Assembly (NCBI GenBank): GCA_964187785.1
Contig: OZ076409.1
Span: 15,316,001 to 15,380,000, forward strand
Direction of reading: 5' to 3'
Origin: Amphiscolops sp. MND2022
Taxonomy: Eukaryota
DNA: 64,000 nt
Part shown: one piece after another, positions 24,901 to 39,700 of the stretch
Layout of the letters: the number at the start of each line of letters is the position of its first letter
Numbering within the stretch: the stretch's first letter is position 1
Notes under the pieces: generated by a model
The model's input: the letters and a program-made list of their open reading frames with translations, nothing else
Database searches by the model: none
Told to the model about the DNA's origin: nothing
Translations under genes and position numbers: made by a program

Positions 24901-25746
24901 TTGACAAAAACGCTAAAACAGCGTGGGAGTTTTGGTGGACGGTCACTCCAACGTTGTTGTCCACTTTTTTCCATTTTTCTTGAATACTTTTGAAACACTG
25001 CTCTGACGCTAAACTTGTTTTGTGTTCACTATCACATAGGTGCAATCAACAGTGGATGGCGCAGAGGTCGTGTACTAAATTCCCATAACATTCGCTTGAG
25101 TTCGAAACCCTCAGTCAACTTTTGTACTGCAAAGTATTTATACAGGCAAGTAGTATTCAAAATTTGTGTGTATTCGAAGAAGAGACGTCCACTATCACGG
25201 ATCTCGAATCAACGACCGATGGCGTAGAGGTTGCGTGCTAGGCTCTCATTCCAGTGTCTTGAGATCGATCCTCTCTCTCGATTTTTTTCTTTCACATATT
25301 GTCAGCGTGAACAGCCTTTCAAAAGCACTAGGCCACTCTTTTCTTTTAGTGGTTCGCTTACAACCAATGTTTTGCAAGATCTCGTGGCCTAGAGGTTACG
25401 TTGGTGGTCAGGTTCGTTAGAGTGTTGTTCTGGTAGCTTTGGGTTCGATCCCCGGGTTGAACTTGGATCAGCACTTGAATTGATAGTTTGGTTTTCCTTT
25501 AACCCAACTTTTGTTAAATTTGACATTAATCATATAGGGCAAATGTTGTTGAACTATTGAATACCAAAAATTCCTTTGGACTTCGGCTTTTCCTTTTCTG
25601 GATTACTCGAAGGTCAAGACTCTAAATGCTTTTAGAAAGCAATATCCGGATGTTTTCGGAAAAGAGGCATCTACTATCATGGATAACAGTTTGGAATTTT
25701 CTCATTCACTTTTTGATATCTCATATTTAACAAACCTCTTTAATTA
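21985..25746 (+). repeat. 3' region of element 1: mosaic of diverged tRNA-like modules and 5S-spacer-like segments (orthologous to ~45150-48886 in element 2)
   Basis: Repeated ccactatcac...TRGCGTAGAGG...GTTCGA modules at ~22161, 22680, 23106, 23600, 24394, 25026, 25187. Confidence 0.75.
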
Positions 25747-25775
25747 GCCGCCGGAGGCGGCAGCGGGTTTGCTAG
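25747..25775 (+). other. Helitron 3' terminal hairpin and CTAG
   Basis: 6-bp GC stem GCCGCC/GGCGGC with 3-nt loop, 10 nt before CTAG; in element 2 the difference falls in the loop. Confidence 0.85.
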
Positions 25776-26340
25776 TTAGGCTAAAAGCAAAGAGTCAATT
25801 TTTGGAGCGCGAGACTCCTATCTGCGGTACGGACTTACCATTACCAGCCAACAACTTGTTTCGAGGAGAAATTCTCATGAAAAGACGACGTTTCAAGTTA
25901 TTGACATCTGATGAAACAAAAATATTCCAGAAAAATTGTGAGAAAGCAAAATTTTGACTCTATTACGAAAATGTATGCTGAAAAGCATAAATTAGTAAGC
26001 TTAAAATTGAAATTCCATGTATTATCAAAAGTCGACTCAGGAGTGTGAAAAACACGTTTTAGGGGTAATTTTGGGCCCTCTTTCCAATGCCGTTGTCCGT
26101 TTTTTGCTATCTGTTCATTTTGACCCCTTTTGCAAAACTGTCACCGAAGTTAAACCACATTTTGTGAAAATAGTAAAAATGACATAACTCAATGAAAATT
26201 CAAGTGATGGCGGCGAAAATTTCAGCATGGGGGTTTTTTTGGACGCTCTTTCCAATGCCGTTGTCCATTTTTTGCTATCTGTTCGTTTTGACCCCTTTTG
26301 CACAACTGTCACCGAAGTTAAACCACATTTCTGACAAAAA

Positions 26341-26459
26341 AGGCTACAACACCTGGTGTTTCCAAGCGGTCTCCCATCCAAGTACTAACCAGGCCCTATG
26401 TTGTTTAACTTCGGTGATCGGACGAGAACCGGTGCATTCAACATGGTATGGTCGTAGCC
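26341..26459 (-). rRNA. 5S rRNA gene, copy 6 (G99A variant)
   Basis: 119-nt 5S sequence; substitution at 26361. Confidence 0.95.
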
Positions 26460-27244
26460 GATCATTGTAAAATCAATAGCTTTATATGCTTAACAACAAA
26501 ATTACGTACAATGATACGAAAATTTTCTCGGTCAAAATACGCGAAACTTTTAAGTTAGTGCAGACTAGCTTGTTCCTTGTTCAAAAATTGGGCAGCAGAC
26601 CACTTTCGCAGTCTGCTTTCAAATAAAACTTATCAATAGGGTTGGAATACTTACCTATTTAATAAGTTTATCACAACAATTAGGCTAAAAGCAAAGAGTC
26701 AATTTTTGGAGCGCGAGACTCCTATCTGCGGTACGGACTTACCATTACCAGCCAACAACTTGTTTTGAGGAGAAATTCTCATGAAAAGACGACGTTTCAA
26801 GTTATTGACATCTGATGAAACAAAAATATTCCAGAAAAATTGTGAGAAAGCAAAATTTTGACTCTATTACGAAAATGTATGCTGAAAAGCATAAATTAGT
26901 AAGCTTAAAAATAAAATTCCATGTATAATCAAAAGTCGACTCAGGAGTGTGAAAAACACGTTTTAGGGGTAATTTTGGGCCTTCTTTCCAATGCCGTTGT
27001 CCGTTTTTTGCTATCTGTTCGTTTTGACCCCTTTTGCAAAACTGTCACCGAAGTTAAACCACATTTTGTGAAAATAGTAAAAATGACATAACTCAATGAA
27101 AATTCAAGTGATGGCGGCGAAAATTTCAGCATGGGGGTTTTTTTGGACGCTCTTTCCAATGCCGTTGTCCGTTTTTTGCTATCTGTTCATTTTGACCCCT
27201 TTTGCAAAACTGTCACCGAAGTTAAACCACATTTCTGACAAAAA

Positions 27245-27363
27245 AGGCTACAACACCTGGTGTTCCCAAGCGGTCTCCCATCCAAGTACTAACCAGGCCC
27301 TATGTTGTTTAACTTCGGTGATCGGACGAGAACCGATGCATTCAACATGGTATGGTCGTAGCC
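27245..27363 (-). rRNA. 5S rRNA gene, copy 7 (C28U variant)
   Basis: 119-nt 5S sequence; substitution at 27336. Confidence 0.95.
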
Positions 27364-27719
27364 GATCATTGTAAAATCAATAGCTTTATATGCTTAACAA
27401 CTCGGTCAAAATACGCGAAACTTTTAAGTTAGTGCAGACTAGCTTGTTCCTTGTTCAAAAATTGGGCAGCAGACCACTTTCGCAGTCTGCTTTCAAATAA
27501 AACTTATCAATAGGGTTGGAATACTTACCTATTTAATAAGTTTATCACAACAATCATATACATATATAAAGGGAGACCGGACAAATTCGCTGATTGGTTG
27601 AGATACGCTCGGTGATACGGGCTGCTGCACTACAATTCAAAAGAAGATTCCGAGATGAGCGGTGAGAAAATCTGTTTCTGACTTTCGAAATAGACGTTTC
27701 AGAATCTCCAGCTCTAATC

Positions 27720-30700
27720 AACGGTGGATAGCGTAGAGGTTGCGTGTTAGACTCTCAACCCAATGTCTTGAGTTCGATTCTCGCCATCGATCTTTTTTTT
27801 TTAAAAAAATGTCAGCGTGAACAGTCTTTTAAAAGCATTGACGTTCTTCTTTTTCTTTAATGGTGCGCTTGCAACTACTGTTCAGCAAGAGATCGTGGCC
27901 TAGAGGTTGCGTTGGTTGTCAGGTTCGTCTGGTGTTATTCTGGTAGCTTTGGGTTCCATCCCCGGGATGGACATGGTTCAGCACTTGAATTGATAGTGTT
28001 ATGGCTTAAACCCAACTTGATTGTTCATTTCGACACATACCGTATATAGGACTATAAGTTCGTTCATTATTTGAATTGGAACGCTTATTTTGGAAGCGGC
28101 AAATTTTTCAACTTAAGGATTTTTGGACTATTTCCAATAACGTTGTACTTTTTTTCACATCTCATCAACAGTCAATGACGTAGTGGTTGCGTGTTAGATT
28201 TCCATTCCAATGTCTTGAGTTCGATTCCCTCATTCAATTTTTTTAAAAAAAACTTTGTCAGCGTGCACAGTCTTTCAAAAGCACTGGATTATTCTTTTGC
28301 CTTAGTGGTGCGCCTAAAACCACTGTTTCGCAAGAGATCATGGCCTAGAGGTTGTGTGGTTGTCAGGTTCGTCGGGTGTCATTCTGGTAGCTTTGGGTTC
28401 GATCCCCGGGATGAACATGGTTCAGCACTTAAATTGATAGTGTTATGGCTTAAACCCAACTTGATTGTTCATTTCGACACATACCGTATATAGGACTATT
28501 AGTTCGTTCAATATTTGAATTGGAACGCTTACTTTGGAAGCGACAAATTTTTCAACATAAGGATTTTTGGACTCTTTCCAATAACGTTGTACTTTTTTTC
28601 ACATCTCCACAACAGTCAATGGCGTAGTGGTTGCGTGTTAGATTTCCATTCCAATGTCTTGAGTTCGATTCCCTCAATCAAAACTTTTTTAAAAACGTTG
28701 TCAGCGTGGACAGTCTTTCAAAAGCACAGGATTATTCTTTTCCCTCAGTGGTGCGCCTAAAACCACTGTTTCGCAAGATATCGTAGCCTAGAGGTTGCGT
28801 TGGTGGTTAGGTTTGGTAGAGCGTTGTTCTGGTATCTTTGGGTTCGGTCCCCGGGAGTGGCATTTGTTCCTCACTTGATTTGATAGAGTTTCAGTGCTTA
28901 CACCCAACGTGGTTGTTTAATTCGACAAGAACTGAATATAGCTTTCTGAATTCGTCCAATATTTGAATTGGAATGCTTACTTTGGAAACGGCAAAATTTT
29001 CAACATAGGGATTTTTGGACTCCTTCCAGTAACGTTGTCTATTTTTTCACATCTTTTCAATAGTCAATGGCGTAGTGGTTGCGTGTTAGATTTCCATTCC
29101 CATATCTTGAGTTCAATTCTCTCAATCATATTTTTTTAAAAAAATTTGTCAGCGTGCACAGTCTTTCAAAAGCACTGGATTATTCTTTTCAATTAGTGGT
29201 GCGCCTAAAACCACTGTTTCGCAAGATATCGTGGCCTAGAGGTTGCGTTGGTAGTTAGGTTTGGTATAGCGTTGTTCTGGTATCTTTGGGTTCGATCCCC
29301 GGGGATGGAATTTGTTCCGCACTTGAATTGATGGAATTTTATTGCTTACACCTAACGTGGTTGTTTAATTCGACAAAAACCGAATATAACTTTCTGAATT
29401 CGCCCAAATTTGAATTGGAATGCTTACTTTGGAAGCGGCAAATTTTTCAACATAGGGATTTTTTGACTCTTTCCAATAACGTGGTATATTTTTCACATCT
29501 TTTCAACAGTCAATGGCGTAGTGGTTGCGTGTTAAATTTCCATTCCAATGTCTTGAGTTCGATTCCCTCAATTAAAACTTTTTTAAAAACGTTGCCAGCG
29601 TGGACAGTCTTTCAGAAGCACGGGATTATTCTTTTGCCTTAGTGGTGCGCCTAAAACCACTGTTTCGCAAGAGATCATGGCCTAGAGGTTGTGTGGTTGT
29701 CAGGTTCGTCGGGTGTCATTCTGGTAGCTTTGGGTTCGATCCCCGGGATGAACATGGTTCAGCACTTAAATTGATAGTGTTATGGCTTAAACCCAACTTG
29801 ATTGTTCATTTCGACACACACCGTATATAGGACTATTAGTTCGTTCAATATTTGAATTGGAACGCTTACTTTGGAAGCGACAAATTTTTCAACATAAGGA
29901 TTTTTGGACTCTTTCCAATAACGTTGTACTTTTTTTCACATCTCCACAACAGTCAATGGCGTAGTGGTTGCGTGTTAGATTTCCATTCCAATGTCTTGAG
30001 TTCGATTCCCTCAATCAAAACTTTTTTAAAAACGTTGTCAGCGTGGACAGTCTTTCAAAAGCATAGGATTATTCTTTTCCCTCAGTGGTGCGCCTAAAAC
30101 CACTGTTTCGCAAGATATCGTGGCCTAGAGGTTGCGTTGGTGGTTAGGTTTGGTAGAGCGTTGTTCTGGTATCTTTGGGTTCGGTCCCCGGGAGTGGCAT
30201 TTGTTCCTCACTTGATTTGATAGAGTTTCAGTGCTTACACCCAACGTGGTTGTTTAATTCGACAAGAACTGAATATAGCTTTCTGAATTCGTCCAATATT
30301 TGAATTGGAATGCTTACTTTGGAAACGGCAAAATTTTCAACATAGGGATTTTTGGACTCCTTCCAGTAACGTTGTCCATTTTTTCACATCTTTTCAATAG
30401 TCAATGGCGTAGTGGTTGCGTGTTAGATTTCCATTCCCATATCTTGAGTTCAATTCTCTCAATCATATTTTTTTAAAAAAATTTGTCAGCGTGCACAGTC
30501 TTTCAAAAGCACTGGATTATTCTTTTCAATTAGTGGTGCGCCTAAAACCACTGTTTTGCAAGATATCGTGGCCTAGAGGTTGCGTTGGTGGTTAGGTTTG
30601 GTATAGCGTTGTTCTGGTATCTTTGGGTTCGGTCCCCGGGGTGGAATTTGTTGCGCACTTGAATTGATAGAGTTTTATTGCTTACACCCAACGTGGTTGT

Positions 30701-33700
30701 TTAAGTCGACACATACCGAATACAGCTTTCTGAATTCGTCCAAAATTAGAATTGGAATGCTTACTTTGGAAGCGGGAAATTTTTCAACATAGGGATTTTT
30801 TAAACTCTTTCCAATAACGTGGTATATTTTTCACATCTTTTCAACAGTCAATGGCGTAGTGGTTGCGTGTTAAATTTCCATTCCAATGTCTTGAGTTCGA
30901 TTCCCTCAATTAAAACTTTTTTAAAAACGTTGCCAGCGTGGACAGTCTTTCAGAAGCACTGGATTATTCTTTTCCCTCAGTGGTGCGCCTAAAACCACTG
31001 TTTCGCAAGATATCGTGGCCTAGAGGTTGCGTTGGTGGTTAGGTTTTGTATAGCGTTGTCCTGGTATCTTTGGGTTCCGTCACCGGGGATGGAATTTGTT
31101 CCGCAGTTGAATTGATAAAGTTTTATTGCTTACACCCATCGTGGTTGTTTAATTCGACACCGAATATAGCTTTCCGAATTTGTCAAAAATTAGAATTGGA
31201 ATGCTTAGTTTGGAAGCGGCAAAATTTTCAACATAGGGATTTTTGGACTCTTTCCAATAACGTTGCCCATTTCTTTCACATCTTTTCAATGTCAATGGCG
31301 TAGTGGTTGCGTGTTTATTATCCATTCCAACGTCTTGAGTTCGATTCCCTCAACCAAAACTTTTTCAAAAACGTTGTCAGCGTGGACAGTTTTTCAGAAG
31401 CACTGGATTATTCTTTTCCCTTAGTGGTGCGCCTAAAACCACTGTTTTGCAAGATATCGTGGCCTAGAGGTTGCGTTGGTGGTTAGGTTTGGTATAGCGT
31501 TGTTCTGGTATCTTTGGGTTCGGTCCCCGGGGTGGAATTTGTTGCGCACTTGAATTGATAGAGTTTTATCGCTTACACCCAACGTGGTTGTTTAAGTCGA
31601 CACATACCGAATACAGCTTTCTGAATTCGTCCAAAATTAGAATTGGAATGCTTACTTTGGAAGCGGGAAATTTTTCAACATAGGGATTTTTTGACTCTTT
31701 CCAATAACGTGGTATATTTTTCACATCTTTTCAACAGTCAATGGCGTAGTGGTTGCGTGTTAAATTTCCATTCCAATGTCTTGAGTTCGATTCCCTCAAT
31801 TAAATTTTTTTTAAAAACGTTGCCAGCGTGGACAGTCTTTCAGAAGCACGGGATTATTCTTTTGCCTTAGTGGTGCGCCTAAAACCACTGTTTCGCAAGA
31901 GATCATGGCCTAGAGGTTGTGTGGTTGTCAGGTTCGTCGGGTGTCATTCTGGTAGCTTTGGGTTCGATCCCCGGGATGAACATGGTTCAGCACTTAAATT
32001 GATAGTGTTATGGCTTAAACCCAACTTGATTGTTCATTTCGACACACACCGTATATAGGACTATTAGTTCGTTCAATATTTGAATTGGAACGCTTACTTT
32101 GGAAGCGACAAATTTTTCAACATAAGGATTTTTGGACTCTTTCCAATAACGTTGTACTTTTTTTCACATCTCCACAACAGTCAATGGCGTAGTGGTTGCG
32201 TGTTAGATTTCCATTCCAATGTCTTGAGTTCGATTCCCTCAATCAAAACTTTTTTAAAAACGTTGTCAGCGTGGACAGTCTTTCAAAAGCACAGGATTAT
32301 TCTTTTCCCTCAGTGGTGCGCCTAAAACCACTGTTTCGCAAGATATCGTGGCCTAGAGGTTGCGTTGGTGGTTAGGTTTGGTAGAGCGTTGTTCTGGTAT
32401 CTTTGGGTTCGGTCCCCGGGAGTGGCATTTGTTCCTCACTTGATTTGATAGAGTTTCAGTGCTTACACCCAACGTGGTTGTTTAATTCGACAAGAACTGA
32501 ATATAGCTTTCTGAATTCGTCCAATATTTGAATTGGAATGCTTACTTTGGAAACGGCAAAATTTTCAACATAGGGATTTTTGGACTCCTTCCAGTAACGT
32601 TGTCCATTTTTTCACATCTTTTCAATAGTCAATGGCGTAGTGGTTGCGTGTTAGATTTCCATTCCCATATCTTGAGTTCAATTCTCTCAATCATATTTTT
32701 TTAAAAAAATTTGTCAGCGTGCACAGTCTTTCAAAAGCACTGGATTATTCTTTTCAATTAGTGGTGCGCCTAAAACCACTGTTTCGCAAGATATCGTGGC
32801 CTAGAGGTTGCGTTGGTAGTTAGGTTTGGTATAGCGTTGTTCTGGTATCTTTGGGTTCGGTCCCCGGGGATGGAATTTGTTCCGCACTTGAATTGATGGA
32901 ATTTTATTGCTTACACCTAATGTGGTTGTTTAATTCGACAAAAACCGAATATAGCTTTCTGAATTCGCCCAAATTTGAATTGGAATGCTTACTTTGGAAG
33001 CGGCAAATTTTTCAACATAGGGATTTTTTAAACTCTTTCCAATAACGTGGTATATTTTTCACATCTTTTCAACAGTCAATGGCGTAGTGGTTGCGTGTTA
33101 AATTTCCATTCCAATGTCTTGAGTTCGATTCCCTCAATTAAAACTTTTTTAAAAACGTTGCCAGCGTGGACAGTCTTTCAGAAGCACTGGATTATTCTTT
33201 TCCCTCAGTGGTGCGCCTAAAACCACTGTTTCGCAAGATATCGTGGCCTAGAGGTTGCGTTGGTGGTTAGGTTTTGTATAGCGTTGTCCTGGTATCTTTG
33301 GGTTCCGTCACCGGGGATGGAATTTGTTCCGCAGTTGAATTGATAAAGTTTTATTGCTTACACCCAACGTGGTTGTTTAATTCGACACATACCGAATATA
33401 GCTTTCCGAATTTGTCAAAAATTAGAATTGGAATGCTTAGTTTGGAAGCGGCAAAATTTTCAACATAGGGATTTTTGGACTCTTTCCAATAACGTTGCCC
33501 ATTTCTTTCACATCTTTTCAATGTCAATGGCGTAGTGGTTGCGTGTTTATTATCCATTCCAACGTCTTGAGTTCGATTCCCTCAACCAAAACTTTTTCAA
33601 AAACGTTGTCAGCGTGGACAGTTTTTCAGAAGCACTGGATTATTCTTTTCCCTTAGTGGTGCGCCTAAAACCACTGTTTTGCAAGATATCGTGGCCTAGA

Positions 33701-36700
33701 GGTTGCGTTGGTGGTTAGGTTTGGTATAGCGTTGTTCTGGTATCTTTGGGTTCGGTCCCCGGGGTGGAATTTGTTGCGCACTTGAATTGATAGAGTTTTA
33801 TTGCTTACACCCAACGTGGTTGTTTAAGTCGACACATACCGAATACAGCTTTCTGAATTCGTCCAAAATTAGAATTGGAATGCTTACTTTGGAAGCGGGA
33901 AATTTTTCAACATAGGGATTTTTGGACTCTTTCCAATAACGTTGTCCATTTTTTCACATCTTTTCAACAGTCAATGTCGTAGTGGTTGCGAGTTAGATTT
34001 CCATTCCAAAGTCTTGAGGTCGTTTCCCTCAATCAAAACTTTTTCAAAAACTTAGTCAGCTTGGACAGTCTTTCAAAAGCACAGGATTTTTCTTTTCCCT
34101 TAGTGGTACGCCTAAAACCACTGTTTCGCAAGATATCGTAGCCTAGAGGTTGCATTGGTGGTTAGGTTTGGTATAGCGTTGTACTGGTATCTTTGGGTTC
34201 GGTCCCCGGGGATGGAATATGTTCCGCACTTGAATTGATAGTTTTATTGCTTACACCCAACTTGGTTGTTTACTTCGACACATACCGAATATAGCATTCT
34301 GAATTCGTCCGTATTTTGAATTGGAATGCTTACTTTGGAAGCGGCAAATTTTTCAATATAGGGATTTTTGGACTCTTTCCAATAACGTTGTCCACTTTTT
34401 CACATCTTTTCAACAGTCAATGGCGTAGTGGTTGCGTGTTAGATTTCCATTCCAAGGTCTTGAGTTCGTTTCCCTCAATCAAAACTTTTTCAAATACTTA
34501 GTCAGCTTGGACAGTCTTTCAAAAGCACTGGATTATTCTTTTCCCTTAGTGGTACGCCTAAAACCACTGTTTCGCAAGATATCGTAGCCTAGAGGTTGCG
34601 TTGGTGGTTAGGTTTGGTATAGCGTGGTTCTGGTATCTTTGGGTTCGGTCCCCAAGGATGGAATATATTCCGCACTTGATTTGATAGTGTTATTGCTTAC
34701 ACCCAACTTGGTTGTTTACTTCGACACATACCGAATATAGCATTCTGAATTCGTCCATAGTTTGAATTGGAATGCTTAGTTTGGAAGCGACAAAATTTTC
34801 AACATAGGGGTTTCTGAACTCTTTCCAATAACGTTGTCCAGTTTTTCACATCTTTTCAACAGTCAATGTCGTAGTGGTTGCGTGTTAGATTTCCATTCCA
34901 AAGTCTTGAGTTCGTTTCCCTCAATCAAAACTTTTTCAAAAACTTAGTCAGCTTGGACAGTCTTTCAAAAGCACTGGATTATTCTTTTCCCTCAGTGGTG
35001 CGCCTAAAACCACTGTTTCGCAAGATATCGTAGCCTAGAGGTTGCGTTGGTGGTTAGGTTTGGTATAGCGTGGTTCTGGTATCTTTGGGTTTGGTCCCCA
35101 AGGATGGAATATATTCCGCACTTGATTTGATAGTGTTATTGCTTACACCCAACGTGGTTGTTTAATTCGACACATACCGAATATAGCTTTCTGAATTCGT
35201 CCAAAAATAGAATTGGAATGCTTACTTTGGAAGCGGCAAATTTTTCAACATAGGGATTTTTGGACTCTGTCCAATAACGTTGTCCAATTTTTCACATATT
35301 TTCAACAGGCAATGGCGTAGTGGTTGCGTGCTAGATTTCCATTCCAAAGTCTTGAGGTCGTTTCCCTCAATCGAAACTTTTTCAAAAACTTAGTCAGCTT
35401 GGACAGATTTTCAAAAGCACTGGATTATTCTTTTCCCTTAGTGGTACGCCTAAAACCACTGTTTCGCAAGATATCGTAGCCTAGAGGTTGCGTTAGTGGT
35501 TAGGTTTGGCATAGCGTTGTTCTGGTGTCTTTGGGTTCGATCCCCGGGGATGGAATATGTTCCGCACTTGAATTGATAGTGTTATTGCTTACACCCAACT
35601 TGGTTGTTTACTTCGACACATACCGAATATAGCATTCTGAACTCGTCCATAATTTGAATTGGAATGCTTAGTTTGGAAGCGGCGAAATTTTCAACATAGG
35701 GATTTTTGGACTCTTTCTAATAACGTTGTCCATTTTTTCACATCTTTTCAACAGTCAATGGCGTAGTGGTTGCGTGTTAGATTTCCATTCCAATGTCTTG
35801 AGTTCGTTTCTCTCAATCAAAACTTTTTTAAAAACTTAGTCAGCTTGGACAGTTTTTCAAAAGCACTGGATTATTCTACTCCCTTAGTGGTACGCCTAAA
35901 ACTACTGTTTCGCAAGATATCGTAGCCTAGAGGTTGCGTTGGTGGTTAGGTTTGGTATAGCGTTGTTCTGGTATCTTTGGGTTCGGTCCCCGGGGATGGA
36001 ATATGTTCCGCACTTGAATTGATAGTTTTATTGCTTACACCCAACTTGGTTGTTTACTTCGACACATACCGAATATAGCATTCTGATTTCGTCCATATTT
36101 TGAATTGAAATGCTTACTTTGGAAGCGGCAAATTTTTCAACATAGGGATTTTTGGACTCTTTCCATTAACGTTGTCCAATTTTTCACATCTTTTCAACAG
36201 TCAATGGCGTAGTGGTTGCGTGTTAGATTTCCATTCCAAGGCTTGAGTTCGTTTCCCTCAATCAAAACATTTTCAAAAACTTAGTCAGCTTGGACAGTCT
36301 TTCAAAAGCACTGGATTATTCTTTTCCCTCAGTGGTGCGCCTAAAACCACTGTTTTGCAAGATATCGTGGCCTAGAGGTTGCGTTGGTGGTTAGGTTTGG
36401 TGGAGCGTTTTTCTGGTATCTTTGGGTTCGGTCCCTGGGGATGGCATTTGTATCTCACCTGAATTGATAGAGTTTTACTGCTTACACCCAACATGGTTGT
36501 TTAATTTGACACATACCGAATATAGCTTTCTGAATTCGTCCAAAAATAGAATTGGAATGCTTACTTTGGAAGCGGCAAATTTTTCAACATAGGGATTTTT
36601 GGACTCTGTCCAATAACGTTGTCCATTTTTTCACATCTTTTCAACAGGCAATGGCGTAGTGGTTGCGTGCTAGATTTCCATTCCAAAGTCTTGAGGTCGT

Positions 36701-39700
36701 TTCCCTCAATCGAAACTTTTTCAAAAACTTAGTCAGTTTGGACAGATTTTCAAAAGCACTGGATTATTCTTTTCCCTTAGTGGTACGCCTAAAACCACTG
36801 TTTCGCAAGATATCGTAGCCTAGAGGTTGCGTTGGTTGTTAGGTTTGGCATAGCGTTGTTCTGGTATCTTTGGGTTCGATCCCCGGGGATGGAATATGTT
36901 CCGCACTTGAATTGATAGTGTTATTGCTTACACCCAACTTGGTTGTTTACTTCGACACATACCGAATATAGCATTCTGAACTCGTCCATAATTTGAATTG
37001 GAATGCTTAGTTTGGAAGCGGCGAAATTTTCAACATAGGGATTTTTGGACTCTTTCTAATAACGTTGTCCATTTTTTCACATCTTTTCAACAGTCAATGG
37101 CGTAGTGGTTGCGTGTTAGATTTCCATTCCAATGTCTTGAGTTCGTTTCTCTCAATCAAAACTTTTTTAAAAACTTAGTCAGCTTGGACAGTTTTTCAAA
37201 AGCACTGGATTTTTCTACTCCCTTAGTGGTACGCCTAAAACTACTGTTTCGCAAGATATCGTAGCCTAGAGGTTGCGTTGGTGGTTAGGTTTGGTATAGC
37301 GTTGTTCTGGTATCTTTGGGTTCGGTCCCCGGGGATGGAATATGTTCCGCACTTGAATTGATAGTTTTATTGCTTACACCCAACTTGGTTGTTTACTTCG
37401 ACACATACCGAATATAGCATTCTGATTTCGTCCATATTTTGAATTGAAATGCTCACTTTGGAAGCGGCAAATTTTTCAACATAGGGATTTTTGGACTCTT
37501 TCCATTAACGTTGTCCACTTTTTCACATCTTTTCAACAGTCAATGGCGTAGTGGTTGCGTGTTAGATTTCCATTCCAAAGTCTTGAGTTCGTTTCCCTCA
37601 ATCAAAACTTTTTCAAACATTTAGTCAGCTTGGACAGTCTTTCAAAAGCACTGGATTATTCTTTTCCCTTAGTGGTACGCCTAAAACCACTGTTTCGCAA
37701 GATATCGTAGCCTAGAGGTTGCGTTGGTGGTTAGGTTTGGCATAGCGTTGTTCTGGTATCTTTGGGTTCGATCCCCGGGGATGGAATATGTTCCGCACTT
37801 GAATTGATAGTTTTATTGCTTACACCCAACTTGTTTGTTTACTTCGACACATACCGAATATAACATTCTGAATTCGTCCAAAATTTGAATTAGAATGCTT
37901 AGTTTGGAAGCAACAAAATTTTCAACATAGGGATTTTTGAACTCTTTCCAATAACGTTGTCCATTTTTTCACATCTTTTCAACAGTCAATGGCGTATTGG
38001 TTGCGTGTTAGATTTCCATTCCAAAGTCTTGAGTTCGTTTCCCTCAATCAAAACTTTTTTAAAAACTTAGTCAGCTTGGACAGTCTTTCAAAAGCACTGG
38101 ATTATTCTACTCCCTTAGTGATACGCCTAAAACCACTGCTTCGCAAGATATCGTAGCCTAGAGGTTGCGTTGGTGGTTAGGTTTGGTATAGCGTTGTTCT
38201 GGTATCTTTGAGTTCGGTCCCCGGGGATGGAATGTTCCGCACTTGAATTGATAGTTTTATTGCTTACACCCAACTTGGTTGTTTACTTCGACACATACCG
38301 AATATAGCATTCTGAATTCGTCCATATTTTGAATTGGAATGCTTACTTTGGAAGCGGCAAATTTTTCAACATAGGGATTTTTGGACTCTTTCCAATAACG
38401 TTGTCCACTTTTTCACATCTTTTCAACAGTCAATGGCGTAGTGGTTGCGCGTTAGATTTCCATTCCAAAGTCTTGAGTTCGTTTCCCTCAATCAAAACTT
38501 TTTCAAATATTTAGTCAGCTTGGACAGTCTTTCAAAAGCACTGGATTATTCTTTTCCCTTAGTGGTACGCCTAAAACCACTGTTTCGCAAGATATCGTAG
38601 CCTAGAGGTTGCGTTGGTAGTTAGGTTTGGCATAGCGTTGTTCTGGTATCTTTGGGTTCGATCCCCGGGGATGGAATATGTTCCGCACTTGAATTGATAG
38701 TGTTTTTGCTTACACCCAACTTGGTTGTTTACGTCGACACATACCGAATATAGCATTCTGAATTCGTCCATAATTTGAATTCGAATGCTTAGTTTGGAAG
38801 CGGCAAAATTTTCAACATAGGGACTTTTGGACTCTTTCTAATAACGTTGTCCATTTTTTCACATCTTTTCAACAGTCAATGGCGTAGTGGTTGCGTGTTA
38901 GATTTCCATTCCAATGTCTTGAGTTCGTTTCTCTCAATCAAAACTTTTTTAAAAACTTAGTCAGCCTGGACAGTTTTTCAAAAGCACTGGATTATTCTAC
39001 TCTCTTAGTGGTACGCCTAAAACCACTGTTTCGCAAGATATCGTAGTCTAGAGGTTGCGTTGGTGGTTAGGTTTGGTATAGCGTTGTTCAGGTATCTTTG
39101 GGTTCGGTCCCCGGGGATGGAATATGTTCCCACTTGAATTGATTGTGTTTTTGCTTACACCCAACTTGGATGTTTAATTCGACACATATCGAGTATAGGA
39201 TTCTGAATTCGTCCAAAATTTGAATTGGAATGCTTGGTTTGGAAGCGACAAAATTTTCAACATAGGGATTTTTGAACTCTTTCCAATAACGTTGTCCATT
39301 TTTTCACATCTTTTCAACAGTCAATGGCGTAGTGGTTGCGTGTTAGATTTCCAATCCAAAGTCTTGAGTTCGTTTCCCTCAATCAAAACTTTTTCAAAAC
39401 TTTGTCAGCTTGGACAGTCTTTCAAAAGCACTGGATTATTCAACTCCCTTAGTGGTACGCCTAAAACCACTGCTTCGCAAGATATCGTAGCCTAGAGGTT
39501 GCGTTGGTGGTTAGGTTTGGCATAGCGTTGTTCTGGTATCTTTGGGTTCGATCCCCGGGGATGGAATATGTTCCCACTTGAATTGATAGTGTTTTTGCTT
39601 ACACCCAACTTGGTTGTTTACTTCGACACATACCGAATATAGCATTCTGAATTCGTCCATAATTTGAATTCGAATGCTTAGTTTGGAAGCGGCAAAATTT

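Larger units (their letters stand above)
10633..25775 (+). mobile_element. Non-autonomous Helitron-like element 1 (15.1 kb) carrying satellite arrays
   Basis: Starts TCATATACATATATAAAG; ends GCCGCC-GGA-GGCGGC hairpin + 10 nt + CTAG; removing it restores the empty site cacaacaa|ttaggct exactly (A|T, no TSD); no RepHel ORF. Confidence 0.88.
25776..27553. repeat. Two basic 5S units between Helitron-like elements 1 and 2
   Basis: 5S at 26341 and 27245; second unit has a 30-bp spacer deletion. Confidence 0.93.
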
